Shown piece after piece: positions 38,036 through 47,448 of a stretch of 64,000 nucleotides of DNA. The translations under genes were made by a program, and so were the position numbers. Each line of letters starts with the position of its first letter. The first letter of the stretch is position 1. The notes beneath the pieces are model-generated. The model did no database searches. It was not told where the DNA came from and worked only from the letters and a program-made list of their open reading frames with translations. The DNA comes from Gammaproteobacteria bacterium (GTDB lineage Bacteria > Pseudomonadota > Gammaproteobacteria > UBA4575). The stretch lies in assembly GCA_965221955.1 (NCBI GenBank), contig CBDCTA010000005.1, positions 1-64,000 of the forward strand, read 5' to 3'.

Positions 38036-40014
38036 AGAGATTAATGTTAGCCGCTAAATACACAACAGTGGTGAGCAAATTTAAAGCCAAGGCACACTTG
38101 GCTTTTTGCATTTCAGTGCTTTTATTATATTCAGGCATATCGAGTGCGAAAATTGAAGAACCTAATATTATTAAAGACCTTCACTATGGTGAAGTTCTAT
38201 TTCATTTTTATCAAGAAGATTATTTTACTTCCATTGTTCATTTATTAGCAGCACGCGATTTAAATCGTACTTCTAATCATGTGCCTGAAGATGAATTATT
38301 GTTAGGTGGAATCGATTTATCTTACGGTCTTCACAAAGAGTCTAAGCGCATTTTCAATAAGCTTTTAGCCGGCAATGTACGCGATACGATTAAGAACCGT
38401 GCTTATTATTATTTAGCTAAAATTTACTATCAACGTGGTTATTTAGATGAATCTGCTGATTTTCTTAGTAATGTTAATGGTCCGGTGCAAGAAAGTATAT
38501 TTGGTGAGTTAAAGCTGTTAACAGGCCAAGTATATATGTCGCAGGGCAATTACGATGCGGCGATTTCAAGTTTAGCTAAATGGAAAGCCCCAAAAGCTTA
38601 TAAAAATTACGCAAATTATAATTTAGGCGTAGCGCATACTAAACGCGGTAATGTTGATACAGGTATTGATTACTTAAAAAAAGTTGGCAAGTTAAAAGCT
38701 AAAACTGAAACCATGCGAACACTGCGCGATCGTGCAAATCTTGCCTCAGGTTTAACACTCATTCAAAACGATCGTCCTGAAGATGCTATCAAATATTTAG
38801 AAAAAGTACGTCTAGAGGGTTTATATTCAAACTTGGCGTTACTCGGTATTGGTTGGGCAAATAGCAATGCCAATAGACATAATTCTGCGTTAGCACCTTT
38901 GATGGAATTGCGTAACCGCAGTGCTTATCACTCAGAAGTGCAGGAAGGAATTTTAGCGCTTGCGCATGCTTACAATGAAATGGGACATCACGGTCGTGCC
39001 GTTCAAGCATATGAGAAAGCAGCAGATATTTATTTAACTGAAGCCCAAGAGCTTTCATATGCTGCAAATGAAATTGAACAGGGTGCGTTAGTGAATGCTT
39101 TGTTAGATCGCACTAAAGGCGGTGCACAGATGGGATGGTTCTGGACACTTCGTGATCTGCCCGATTTGCCTGAGGTGAAGTACTTTACAGAGCTATTAGC
39201 CGAACATGAATTTCATGAAGCATTAAAAAATTTCCGTGATCTATTGTTCTTGAAGAAAAATCTAAAATATTGGGACGAAAATATAGATATTTATCTGACT
39301 ATGTTAGATACACGTAAAGCACGTTATCAAAAATATTTACCTTTAGTGCAACAGCGTTTACATGAACTAGACCTAAGTAAATTACAGTCACAACAAGATA
39401 CATTATCTTTTGTTTTGAATGAAATTGAAAATGATAATGCATTTATCAAGCTAGCTACTGCAGAAGAAAAACGTAAGCTTTCTGAACTTGACGAGTTAGA
39501 AAAGCGTTTAGCGCTCTTAAAAGAGCAAGAACCTAATAACAATAAAATTGCGAAAATGAGTGAAAAGCTTGAGTTAATGCGTGGCATCATGCGTTGGCAA
39601 ATTCATAGTGCATATATCGAGCGTAAGTGGAATCACAAGCAAGAGATTTCTGAAATTAATAAACATTTATCGATTACTCCTGGAAAAAGTAGCTCTATTA
39701 AAAAAGCGATTAGCGATAGTGTAGAAAAATTTGATGAATTTGAAGCACGGATACTAGCTTTACAAAAAGAAATTAAAAGAATTATTCCTATTGCAGATCG
39801 TGTTTTTATTGAGCAATCACGTTATCTAGAGCATGTTGCTGTAAAAGAATTGAAAAAGCGTGAAAAAATACTCGCAGGTTATGAAAAGCATGCGCGTTAT
39901 GAACTTGCATCTGCATATGATGCTGCAGCATCTTCAATTGTTCCTGGCGCAGAGTCAAACAACGTTGATGATGGCGAAGCTAAGAAGAGCAAAAAATGGT
40001 GGAAGTTTTGGTAA
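38026..40014 (+). CDS. Periplasmic TPR protein
   Basis: Signal segment, TPR-like helices, coiled-coil C-terminal half. Confidence 0.82.
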   Translation: MGIKRLMLAAKYTTVVSKFKAKAHLAFCISVLLLYSGISSAKIEEPNIIKDLHYGEVLFHFYQEDYFTSIVHLLAARDLNRTSNHVPEDELLLGGIDLSYGLHKESKRIFNKLLAGNVRDTIKNRAYYYLAKIYYQRGYLDESADFLSNVNGPVQESIFGELKLLTGQVYMSQGNYDAAISSLAKWKAPKAYKNYANYNLGVAHTKRGNVDTGIDYLKKVGKLKAKTETMRTLRDRANLASGLTLIQNDRPEDAIKYLEKVRLEGLYSNLALLGIGWANSNANRHNSALAPLMELRNRSAYHSEVQEGILALAHAYNEMGHHGRAVQAYEKAADIYLTEAQELSYAANEIEQGALVNALLDRTKGGAQMGWFWTLRDLPDLPEVKYFTELLAEHEFHEALKNFRDLLFLKKNLKYWDENIDIYLTMLDTRKARYQKYLPLVQQRLHELDLSKLQSQQDTLSFVLNEIENDNAFIKLATAEEKRKLSELDELEKRLALLKEQEPNNNKIAKMSEKLELMRGIMRWQIHSAYIERKWNHKQEISEINKHLSITPGKSSSIKKAISDSVEKFDEFEARILALQKEIKRIIPIADRVFIEQSRYLEHVAVKELKKREKILAGYEKHARYELASAYDAAASSIVPGAESNNVDDGEAKKSKKWWKFW

Positions 40015-42812
40015 AACTTACACATAAAGTTATTGTAATAATGGCGATTGCAGCCATTGTGGTTTCGTGTGGAAGCTTTGGTAAAAACCGCGGTGAAACA
40101 ATAGGCAGTGTCAGTAAAAAACGCGTTAAGGTAAAAGAAGACTTACCCGTTCAAAGTAGTCGTAGCAAAGCGATTAGTCAATACAGAAAGCTGGTTAATG
40201 AAGATCCTGATAACGTGCACCCAGAGGTGCTGCGTAGGTTAGGGGATTTGCGCATGGAAGAGACAGAGGACCATCTTGCGGAAAAAGTTCAAGTGCCAGA
40301 TAAGCATACTTATGCTGAAACCATCAAACATTATGAAGATATTTTAGCTAAGCATGCAAACTACAAAGGCCGGGATCGTGTGTTATATCAAATTTCACGT
40401 GCCTATGAGCTCAGTGGTGAACACGAAAAAGCACTGAAAGCGCTAGATCAATTGGTTTATGAATATCCTGATTCCCCTTATTTTGCAGAAACGCAGTTTA
40501 GGCGTGCAGAAATCTTATTTGTAGAAAAGCAATATTCTCAAGCCGAGAATGCCTATGAGTCTGTAATTCGACAAGGACCGGAAGGTCGTTTTTATATTCA
40601 TTCTTTATACAAGCATGGTTGGTCGCATTTCAAACAAGTCGATTATGACTATGGTCTTCCATCATTTAACACTGTACTAGATAACTTGTTAGTTAATGGC
40701 GTGGAAGCAGAGCAAATTGCACAACTTTCACAGCCTGATCAGGAATTGCTAGACGACACACTTCGTGCAATTAGCCTAAGTTTTGCTTACCTAGGTGGGC
40801 CAGATGAAGTGTCTAATTTTTTTGCAGACTCAGGCAGAAAGCCACATGAAATATTAGTTTATGAAAGATTGGGTAAACAATATTTAGAAAAACGACGTTG
40901 GAGTGATGCTGCAAATACCTACAGACAGTTTGTTGAGACACATCGCTTTAGTCCTCAAGCACCTCATTTTCAAATTAAATCGATTGAAGCTTACAAGAAA
41001 GGGAAGTTCCCATCTGAAGTGTTGCGTGCCAAGAAAGAGTTTGTGGTCGATTACAATTTAAAATCTGAATACTGGGCGCATAACGATATTTCACAATCAG
41101 ATGATATTGTTTCATTGCTTAAGTCAACGATCACTGATTTAGCTAAACACTATCACTCAGTAGCACAAAAAGAACGTAAACAACCAAAAGAATTCTACGA
41201 TGAAGCTGCTACATGGTATACCGCTTACTTAGAATCATTCCCACAAGATGAAAAAGCTCCTGAGATGAATTTTTATCTTGCGGAAGTGCGATATGAAACT
41301 AAACAATATGCAGGTGCTGTACAGGCTTATGAAAAAACAGCATATGGATACAAGAAGCATCCAAAGTCAGCTGAAGCGGGTTATGCAGCAATCATTGCTT
41401 ACAACGAATGGCTGAAAGTAGAAAAACAAGCTGCACAGCAATCAGCAATTAAAAATCAATTAATCGATAGTTCATTTAGGTTTAACGAAAATCATCCTGA
41501 GCATCCTGAAGTGGCTAAGGTGATGACGGTTACTGCAGAAGAACTTTATGCACGCAAAGATTTTAATCGTGCTACAAAAGCGTCAGATATTATTATCAAT
41601 GATCATCCGAGCGCAGATAAAAAATTGATGTTGTCCGCGTGGACAGTGAAAGCGAATTCAGCATTCGACACAGCACAATACGCAGATTCAGAAAAAGCTT
41701 ATGTGGAAGCTTTACGAAGAGTAGAAGCCAATAAAAAACTACGCGACCCATTAAAAGATCGGCTTGCAGCATCTGTATATAAACAGGGTGAAGCGAGTAA
41801 AAAAGAAGGCGATTTAGAGGCTGCGGTTTCTCACTATTTAAGAGTAGGGCAAGTTGTTCCTGATGCCGAGATACGTGCGACGGCGCATTATGATGCTTCC
41901 GCAGCGTTATTAGAACTTGAAGATTGGGGGCGTGCGTCAAGAACATTGGAGGATTTTCGAGCGCGTTTTCCTAAACACGAACTACAGGGTGATGTAACTA
42001 AAAAGTTAGCCGTTTCTTATGACAAAGGCGGACAGCATCTTAAAGCCGCAAAAGAATACGAAGCGATTGGTGCAAGTTCTAACGATCCCCGTCTAAAACG
42101 CGAAGCACGCTTACAAGCGGCAGACCTATATGGCAAAGGTGGAGATTTTTATGGCGCTGAAAAAAGTTTGCTTGCCTATATTGAAGAAAATCCAAGACCT
42201 GTTGAACCTGCTATGGAGGCCATGCATAAACTTGTCGTTATGTATACCGAGCGAAAATACATTGATGACAAACTTAATTGGCAACGCAAAATCATAGAAG
42301 CAGACGCACGTGCAGGTGCTGAACGCAGCAGTCGTACTAAATTTTTAGCTGCTACTGCATCATTAGATTTTGCAAAAATAGAATATGACGCATATAGCCA
42401 AATCTTTTTGATTCATCCGTTAGAGAAAAATTTAAAACGTAAGAAAAAGCAAATGCAAGTAGCACTAGATGCTTATGAAGCAGCTAGTAATTATAAAGTT
42501 GCGCAAGTCACAACAGCCGCTACATATTGGACGGGGAAAATTTACCAAGATTTTGCGGTGGCAATGATGGAGTCTGACCGGCCAGGCAAGCTTTCAGGTG
42601 AAGAGCTTGCTCAATATGAAATTTTATTAGAAGAACAGGCTTACCCATTTGAAGAACAAGCGATTGAGGTGCACGAATTAAATGCTTCACGTATTTCTGA
42701 CAACGTCTATGACGAATGGGTAAAAAAGAGTATGACTGAGCTAGCTAAGCTTGCGCCAGCACAATATGTAAAAGCTGAAAGGAGTGAAGACCTTGTTCAG
42801 AACATCTACTAA
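39996..42812 (+). CDS. Large TPR lipoprotein (GltD/AgmU-like)
   Basis: VVSC lipobox, many TPRs, C-terminal YEILLEEQAYPFEEQAI. Confidence 0.82.
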   Translation: MVEVLVKLTHKVIVIMAIAAIVVSCGSFGKNRGETIGSVSKKRVKVKEDLPVQSSRSKAISQYRKLVNEDPDNVHPEVLRRLGDLRMEETEDHLAEKVQVPDKHTYAETIKHYEDILAKHANYKGRDRVLYQISRAYELSGEHEKALKALDQLVYEYPDSPYFAETQFRRAEILFVEKQYSQAENAYESVIRQGPEGRFYIHSLYKHGWSHFKQVDYDYGLPSFNTVLDNLLVNGVEAEQIAQLSQPDQELLDDTLRAISLSFAYLGGPDEVSNFFADSGRKPHEILVYERLGKQYLEKRRWSDAANTYRQFVETHRFSPQAPHFQIKSIEAYKKGKFPSEVLRAKKEFVVDYNLKSEYWAHNDISQSDDIVSLLKSTITDLAKHYHSVAQKERKQPKEFYDEAATWYTAYLESFPQDEKAPEMNFYLAEVRYETKQYAGAVQAYEKTAYGYKKHPKSAEAGYAAIIAYNEWLKVEKQAAQQSAIKNQLIDSSFRFNENHPEHPEVAKVMTVTAEELYARKDFNRATKASDIIINDHPSADKKLMLSAWTVKANSAFDTAQYADSEKAYVEALRRVEANKKLRDPLKDRLAASVYKQGEASKKEGDLEAAVSHYLRVGQVVPDAEIRATAHYDASAALLELEDWGRASRTLEDFRARFPKHELQGDVTKKLAVSYDKGGQHLKAAKEYEAIGASSNDPRLKREARLQAADLYGKGGDFYGAEKSLLAYIEENPRPVEPAMEAMHKLVVMYTERKYIDDKLNWQRKIIEADARAGAERSSRTKFLAATASLDFAKIEYDAYSQIFLIHPLEKNLKRKKKQMQVALDAYEAASNYKVAQVTTAATYWTGKIYQDFAVAMMESDRPGKLSGEELAQYEILLEEQAYPFEEQAIEVHELNASRISDNVYDEWVKKSMTELAKLAPAQYVKAERSEDLVQNIY

Positions 42813-43440
42813 ATTATTGTTCGCGAATATTATTTTGGTTTTAAGCATTACGCTATTAACCAGTTGTGCAAATATGCCAAGTCTTAAAAAGCCAGCATCA
42901 AGTTCTAAAAGTGCAGAAAAAACTGAAAAATCTACAGATAAAATTTTAGCGCAACCAAATTTTAGAATCAGTAAAAAAACAGCAGCTGCTTACAATGATG
43001 CATTAAAACATATGCGTGCCAAAAATTACGATACAGCAATTTTGGAAATGCAAAAAGTTGCCAAGATGGACCAACGCATTTCAGGGCCTTGGGTAAATAT
43101 GGGGGTGGCTTATAAAGAACTGGGTAATGCAAAAAATGCAAAAATTGCATTTGAAAAGGCAATAATTATTAATCCTAATAATCCTTATGCCTTGAATCAG
43201 TTGGCCATTTTAAAGCGCGAAGATGGCAAGTTTGATGAAGCAGAGAAATTGTATAAGAAAGCATTGGCCGCATATCCGGATTATAAAAACGCTCATCTGA
43301 ATCTAGCTATTTTGTGTGATGTTTATTTAAGGAAAATAGGCTGCGCGTTGGACCATTATCAAAAATATTTGAATCTGTCCGGTGGCCAGGATAAGCAAGT
43401 AATTGCTTGGATGTCGCAGTTAAAAAAGCAAGGTAGCTGA
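42784..43440 (+). CDS. TPR lipoprotein (GltE-like)
   Basis: LTSC lipobox, about 4 TPRs, NLAILCDVYL. Confidence 0.82.
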   Translation: MKTLFRTSTKLLFANIILVLSITLLTSCANMPSLKKPASSSKSAEKTEKSTDKILAQPNFRISKKTAAAYNDALKHMRAKNYDTAILEMQKVAKMDQRISGPWVNMGVAYKELGNAKNAKIAFEKAIIINPNNPYALNQLAILKREDGKFDEAEKLYKKALAAYPDYKNAHLNLAILCDVYLRKIGCALDHYQKYLNLSGGQDKQVIAWMSQLKKQGS

Positions 43441-43445
43441 GTCAA

Positions 43446-43730
43446 ATGAAAACAATATCAATACTTATCAGCATGCTTTTGCTCTGTTGCATAGCATCAG
43501 CCGAGGACTCTCCTCGTGTACAGAAGGCTGGACCTACACAAGAGTTACAAGGGATAGATGTTATTGGTAACCGTGAGTTACCTAAAGCATTGGTTATCGT
43601 GCCGTGGAAAGCTCCAGAACCAGGTGAGCTCGATGGTTCGCCTTTGCAAAGTTTAATAGATGAAGTGCTAGGCCCTGTAGATAAGGATGTGCACAAAAGA
43701 AAAGTGAGTTATTACGAACAATATTATTAA
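43446..43730 (+). CDS. Small secreted protein (GltF-like position)
   Basis: Signal peptide; GNRELPKALVIVPW. Confidence 0.72.
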   Translation: MKTISILISMLLLCCIASAEDSPRVQKAGPTQELQGIDVIGNRELPKALVIVPWKAPEPGELDGSPLQSLIDEVLGPVDKDVHKRKVSYYEQYY

Positions 43731-43741
43731 TGGTTTTTTAT

Positions 43742-43768
43742 TCCAGTTATGAAGCTGGATTTTTATTT
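43742..43768 (+). terminator. Possible intrinsic terminator / attenuator inside the operon
   Basis: TCCAGTT-ATGA-AGCTGGA hairpin followed by TTTTTATTT. Confidence 0.4.
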
Positions 43769-43794
43769 AAGCGTTAAACGCTAAGGAGCAAAAA

Positions 43795-44535
43795 ATGGAA
43801 GACAACGGGTCAGAAATCATCACTACAGATGGTTCAGAGACTGTAATGATGGATGGAGCAGAAATGCTTGTTACTCCAGAAGTACATGATCCGAGCCTAT
43901 ATGAAACTGTAGTTTCATTTTTCCAATCGGGTGGACCATTCATGATCCCGATTGCAATTATTCTTGCAATTGGTATTGCGATTGCAGTTGAAAGATATCT
44001 TTATCTTTCTGCGTCTCGCACACGTAATCAACTTGCTTGGGGCAAGTTACAGTCTGCCTTACAAAGTGGAAATTTATCCCAAGCAATGGGTTTTGCAGAA
44101 AAATCCAAAGCCGCAGTAAGTCGCATTATTCATTATGGGTTTCTACGTGCAAAAACATCACGTCGCCGTGATGATGTTGAAATTGCAATGGAAGAAGGTT
44201 TAATGGAAGTGTTACCTAAACTTGAAAAGCGCACACACTACCTTGCAACTTTTGCAAATATTGCAACATTACTTGGATTGCTTGGAACCATTATTGGTTT
44301 GATTGGTGCCTTCACATCCATTGCTGAAGCGAATCCTGCAGATAAAGCCGATATTTTATCTGCAAATATATCAGTAGCGATGAACACTACAGCGTTTGGT
44401 TTGATGGTCGGTATTCCTCTTTTACTTATCCATGCATGGCTATCTACTAAGACTACTGAAATTGTAGACAGTCTTGAAATGGCATCTGTGAAGGTTCTTA
44501 ACTTTGTAACAGATAATAAACCCGCTGCTGCGTAA
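43795..44535 (+). CDS. MotA/TolQ/ExbB proton channel protein
   Basis: ATLLGLLGTI-x-GLI, AMNTTAFGL. Confidence 0.93.
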   Translation: MEDNGSEIITTDGSETVMMDGAEMLVTPEVHDPSLYETVVSFFQSGGPFMIPIAIILAIGIAIAVERYLYLSASRTRNQLAWGKLQSALQSGNLSQAMGFAEKSKAAVSRIIHYGFLRAKTSRRRDDVEIAMEEGLMEVLPKLEKRTHYLATFANIATLLGLLGTIIGLIGAFTSIAEANPADKADILSANISVAMNTTAFGLMVGIPLLLIHAWLSTKTTEIVDSLEMASVKVLNFVTDNKPAAA

Positions 44536-44568
44536 TACTTGTAAGTAATAAACTAAAGGTAAACCAGA

Positions 44569-45069
44569 ATGCGTAATAAGAGACGTTGGAAAAAACGCTT
44601 TCAGAAAAATGAAGCGGAACTAAGTGTTACGCCATTTATGAATTTGATGGTAATCCTGGTTCCTTTCCTACTCATCATGTTGGTCTTCGCCAAGATTACA
44701 GTCTTGGAATTACACCTTCCTGCTGCATCAAACGAAGCGAAACCGAACGAACGCGAATTGGTTTTAGAAATCATCGTTAAAGAAGATTATCTAATTGTTC
44801 AAGATAAAAATGGTAGTTTTCAAAGATACAGGATTGATAAGAAAGAAGAAGCCTATGATGTTGAGTTACTTTCGCTCACGCTTCAATCTCTCAAGAACAA
44901 ACATCCTGAAAACGTTGCAGCATCCATTCTGCTAGAGCCAGACATTGGTTATGAAAGCTTGGTTTTGGTTATGGATGCGGTGCGTGCGATCGATATAGAA
45001 GATGATCTAGGTAATTTTACACGTGCTGAACTTTTTCCAGAAATATCATTAGGTGATGCTCCTGCCTAA
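44569..45069 (+). CDS. ExbD/TolR family protein 1
   Basis: VTPFMNLMVILVPFLL (Asn at the usual TM Asp position), LVLVMDAVR. Confidence 0.88.
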   Translation: MRNKRRWKKRFQKNEAELSVTPFMNLMVILVPFLLIMLVFAKITVLELHLPAASNEAKPNERELVLEIIVKEDYLIVQDKNGSFQRYRIDKKEEAYDVELLSLTLQSLKNKHPENVAASILLEPDIGYESLVLVMDAVRAIDIEDDLGNFTRAELFPEISLGDAPA

Positions 45070-45109
45070 GATAAGTATGAGTTAAGTTTAAGGAAATAGG
45101 TAATAAAGA

Positions 45110-45622
45110 GTGAACGATCGAAGAGTAAAACGTATGGAACGTCAACATGGGCGAAATAAACAACCGCCTTTTAATGTTGTTTCATTAATGGACATTTTTA
45201 CCATCTTGGTATTCTTCTTATTGGTGAATACCAATGAGATTACCCCATTGCCTAATCCTAAAGGAATTGAAATGCCAGAGTCGATTTCTGAGGTAACTCC
45301 TCAGGAATCAGTAGTTGTAATGCTGAGTAAAGAAGCAGTACGACTTCAAGGCGAAGATGTCATTACGATAGAAGAGGTGATGAAAGAAGATTCTATTGAG
45401 GTTTCTTTATTTGTAGAGAAATTAAAGCAACTTGCGAATGAAGTTGAGCCAGTATCTGAAGAAGATCCAGAACGGGAAGTTACTATTATGGGTGATAAAG
45501 AAGTACCTTATAAAGTGCTCGACCGCATAATGCGTTTATGTGCAAGTTATGCTGGATTTTCAAAAATTTCGTTATCTGTAATACAAAAAGAAACGCAACT
45601 AGAGTCCCATATAGAGTCGTAA
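45110..45622 (+). CDS. ExbD/TolR family protein 2
   Basis: NVVSLMDIFTILVFFLL, GDKEVPY. Confidence 0.9.
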   Translation: MNDRRVKRMERQHGRNKQPPFNVVSLMDIFTILVFFLLVNTNEITPLPNPKGIEMPESISEVTPQESVVVMLSKEAVRLQGEDVITIEEVMKEDSIEVSLFVEKLKQLANEVEPVSEEDPEREVTIMGDKEVPYKVLDRIMRLCASYAGFSKISLSVIQKETQLESHIES

Positions 45623-45624
45623 GC

Positions 45625-46605
45625 ATGGCTGCAGTAATAAATAATTCATATTTCCCACACGATTTACCCTGGACAATAAATCCAGAACAACAGGCTCGTT
45701 TTAATAAATTATTACGTTGGTCGGTTGCGGCAATAATATTCTTGGCATTTTTATTTTCATTTTTGCCATTGCCAGAACTTGAAGAGCCCGAAAAACAAGA
45801 ACCAGAACGTTTAGTAAAATTAATTCCTAAGGTGGAAGTGCCTCCGCCACCACCGCCTAAAATAGTACCGGTAGAAACAAAGGTTAAACCGAAACCAAAA
45901 CCAAAGGTTAAACCGAAACCACAACCAAAAAAAGAACCGATTAAAACGGCTGCTAAACCTAAGAAAGCACCGATCCCACAGAAATCTGCTAAAGAAGTTG
46001 CTGCAAGCTCAGGTTTGTTAGCTATGAAAGATGATTTATCAGATATTAAAAAGAGTTCATCATCTGCAGCATTAGGAGAACGATCGCTTAATACTAGTGG
46101 TACAACTGGACAAACAACGAAACGCTCACTTGTAACGAAGAACTATGGCAAAGCTAGCGGTGGAATCAACACGGCTAGTTTAAGTACAAACACCGGAGGC
46201 AATGGTCTTGGTGGGCGCGCAGCAGGTTCTATTGGTGGTTCCGGTATTGGTGGGGGAGGAACAGGTTCGGGTAGTGGAGATGGTTCCGGTAATGGCGATG
46301 GGAGTGGTTATGGTAAAACGCGTGATTTAGAAAAAATTCAAATCATGTTTGATCGCAATAAGAGCGGATTATTTACACTTTATAATCGTGAGTTGCGCAA
46401 AGATGCATCTTTACAAGGTAAGGTTGTGCTTAACATTACGATTGCACCATCGGGTAAAGTTACCAGCGCAAGCATAGTTTCCAGCCAATTAGGAAACTCA
46501 CAACTTGAAGGTAAAATTCTTCAACGTGTGAAACTAATTAACTTTGGAGCAGAAGATGTTCCACCGTTCAATTTCAATTACCCTATTGATTTCTATCCTA
46601 CTTAA
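45625..46605 (+). CDS. TonB-like protein with AgmX/PglI-type C-terminal domain (GltG-like)
   Basis: One TM, Pro/Lys-rich and Gly-rich linkers, LYNRELRKDASLQGKV...ITIAPSG. Confidence 0.85.
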   Translation: MAAVINNSYFPHDLPWTINPEQQARFNKLLRWSVAAIIFLAFLFSFLPLPELEEPEKQEPERLVKLIPKVEVPPPPPPKIVPVETKVKPKPKPKVKPKPQPKKEPIKTAAKPKKAPIPQKSAKEVAASSGLLAMKDDLSDIKKSSSSAALGERSLNTSGTTGQTTKRSLVTKNYGKASGGINTASLSTNTGGNGLGGRAAGSIGGSGIGGGGTGSGSGDGSGNGDGSGYGKTRDLEKIQIMFDRNKSGLFTLYNRELRKDASLQGKVVLNITIAPSGKVTSASIVSSQLGNSQLEGKILQRVKLINFGAEDVPPFNFNYPIDFYPT

Positions 46606-47224
46606 ACAAGCACTGCCTTCGTTATTACTGTTGGTTTTGCTTGTTTCTGTTAACGCTACTCAACCCAATTGGGTGTTAAGCGGCACATTCTTAAATGCGG
46701 ATAATACGCATGCCATGTTTGTTGACGAAAATGGAGATGAATTATTACTAGAGCTTGGTGATGATATCCAAGGCTGTGATCTTGTGGATGTACTACAAGG
46801 CTCTGCAAGAATTCAATGCAGTGGTAAAGAATATGTTTTAGAACTTCGCAATAGCGTTGGCGATGTTCTTCTACAAGCTGAATATGAACAATCATTGGCA
46901 CAAACAAAAACCGTCGTATTGTCCAAAGAAGAAGTAGCCGATTATATAAAAGAGAAACAACGCTTGGTTTCAGAGATTGGCTTTTTGCCATTAGTAGAGG
47001 GTCAAGAAGTCGTCGGGTTTACCTTATCTAAGATTGAGCCTGATACCAAAGCTGCTATGTTAGGGCTAAATAATGGTGACATCATCAAAGCAGTAAATGG
47101 CGTTCATGCTTCAGAGTCAGAGCAGTTTATACAAACGGTAGAAGGGTTATCGGATGCGCCAGAAGTGACGGTAGAAGTGGATCGTGATGGTCAGTTAATG
47201 GCTTATACTTATATATTAGAGTAG
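46544..47224 (+). CDS. GspC-like protein with a C-terminal PDZ domain
   Basis: Hydrophobic N-terminus, WVLSGT...AM, LGLNNGDIIKAVNG...VDRDG. Confidence 0.7.
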   Translation: MEQKMFHRSISITLLISILLKQALPSLLLLVLLVSVNATQPNWVLSGTFLNADNTHAMFVDENGDELLLELGDDIQGCDLVDVLQGSARIQCSGKEYVLELRNSVGDVLLQAEYEQSLAQTKTVVLSKEEVADYIKEKQRLVSEIGFLPLVEGQEVVGFTLSKIEPDTKAAMLGLNNGDIIKAVNGVHASESEQFIQTVEGLSDAPEVTVEVDRDGQLMAYTYILE

Positions 47225-47448
47225 AAATTGATAAAAAATCACTGAAATACATATATTTCAGCTAGTTATGTAACTTATCTAATATAAATTCTCCTGCTTA
47301 AGCATCTTTACTCCAAACTTATCCAAATACATTCCATATCTAATATATAGGTATGTCTGTGTTGTACGGAATCCCGTATCAACACGGTCTATTGCAGTAC
47401 AATGTTCATATATATGAGAAAAAAAGTTCCATTTACTGGAGATCCATT

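Noticed and set aside
45840-46310. Direct repeat AAGGTTAAACCGAAACCA and Gly-rich repeats
   Set aside because: Ordinary low-complexity linker of a TonB-like protein.
38026-46605. Proof of gliding motility
   Set aside because: The similarity covers only the generic core; function cannot be read from sequence.
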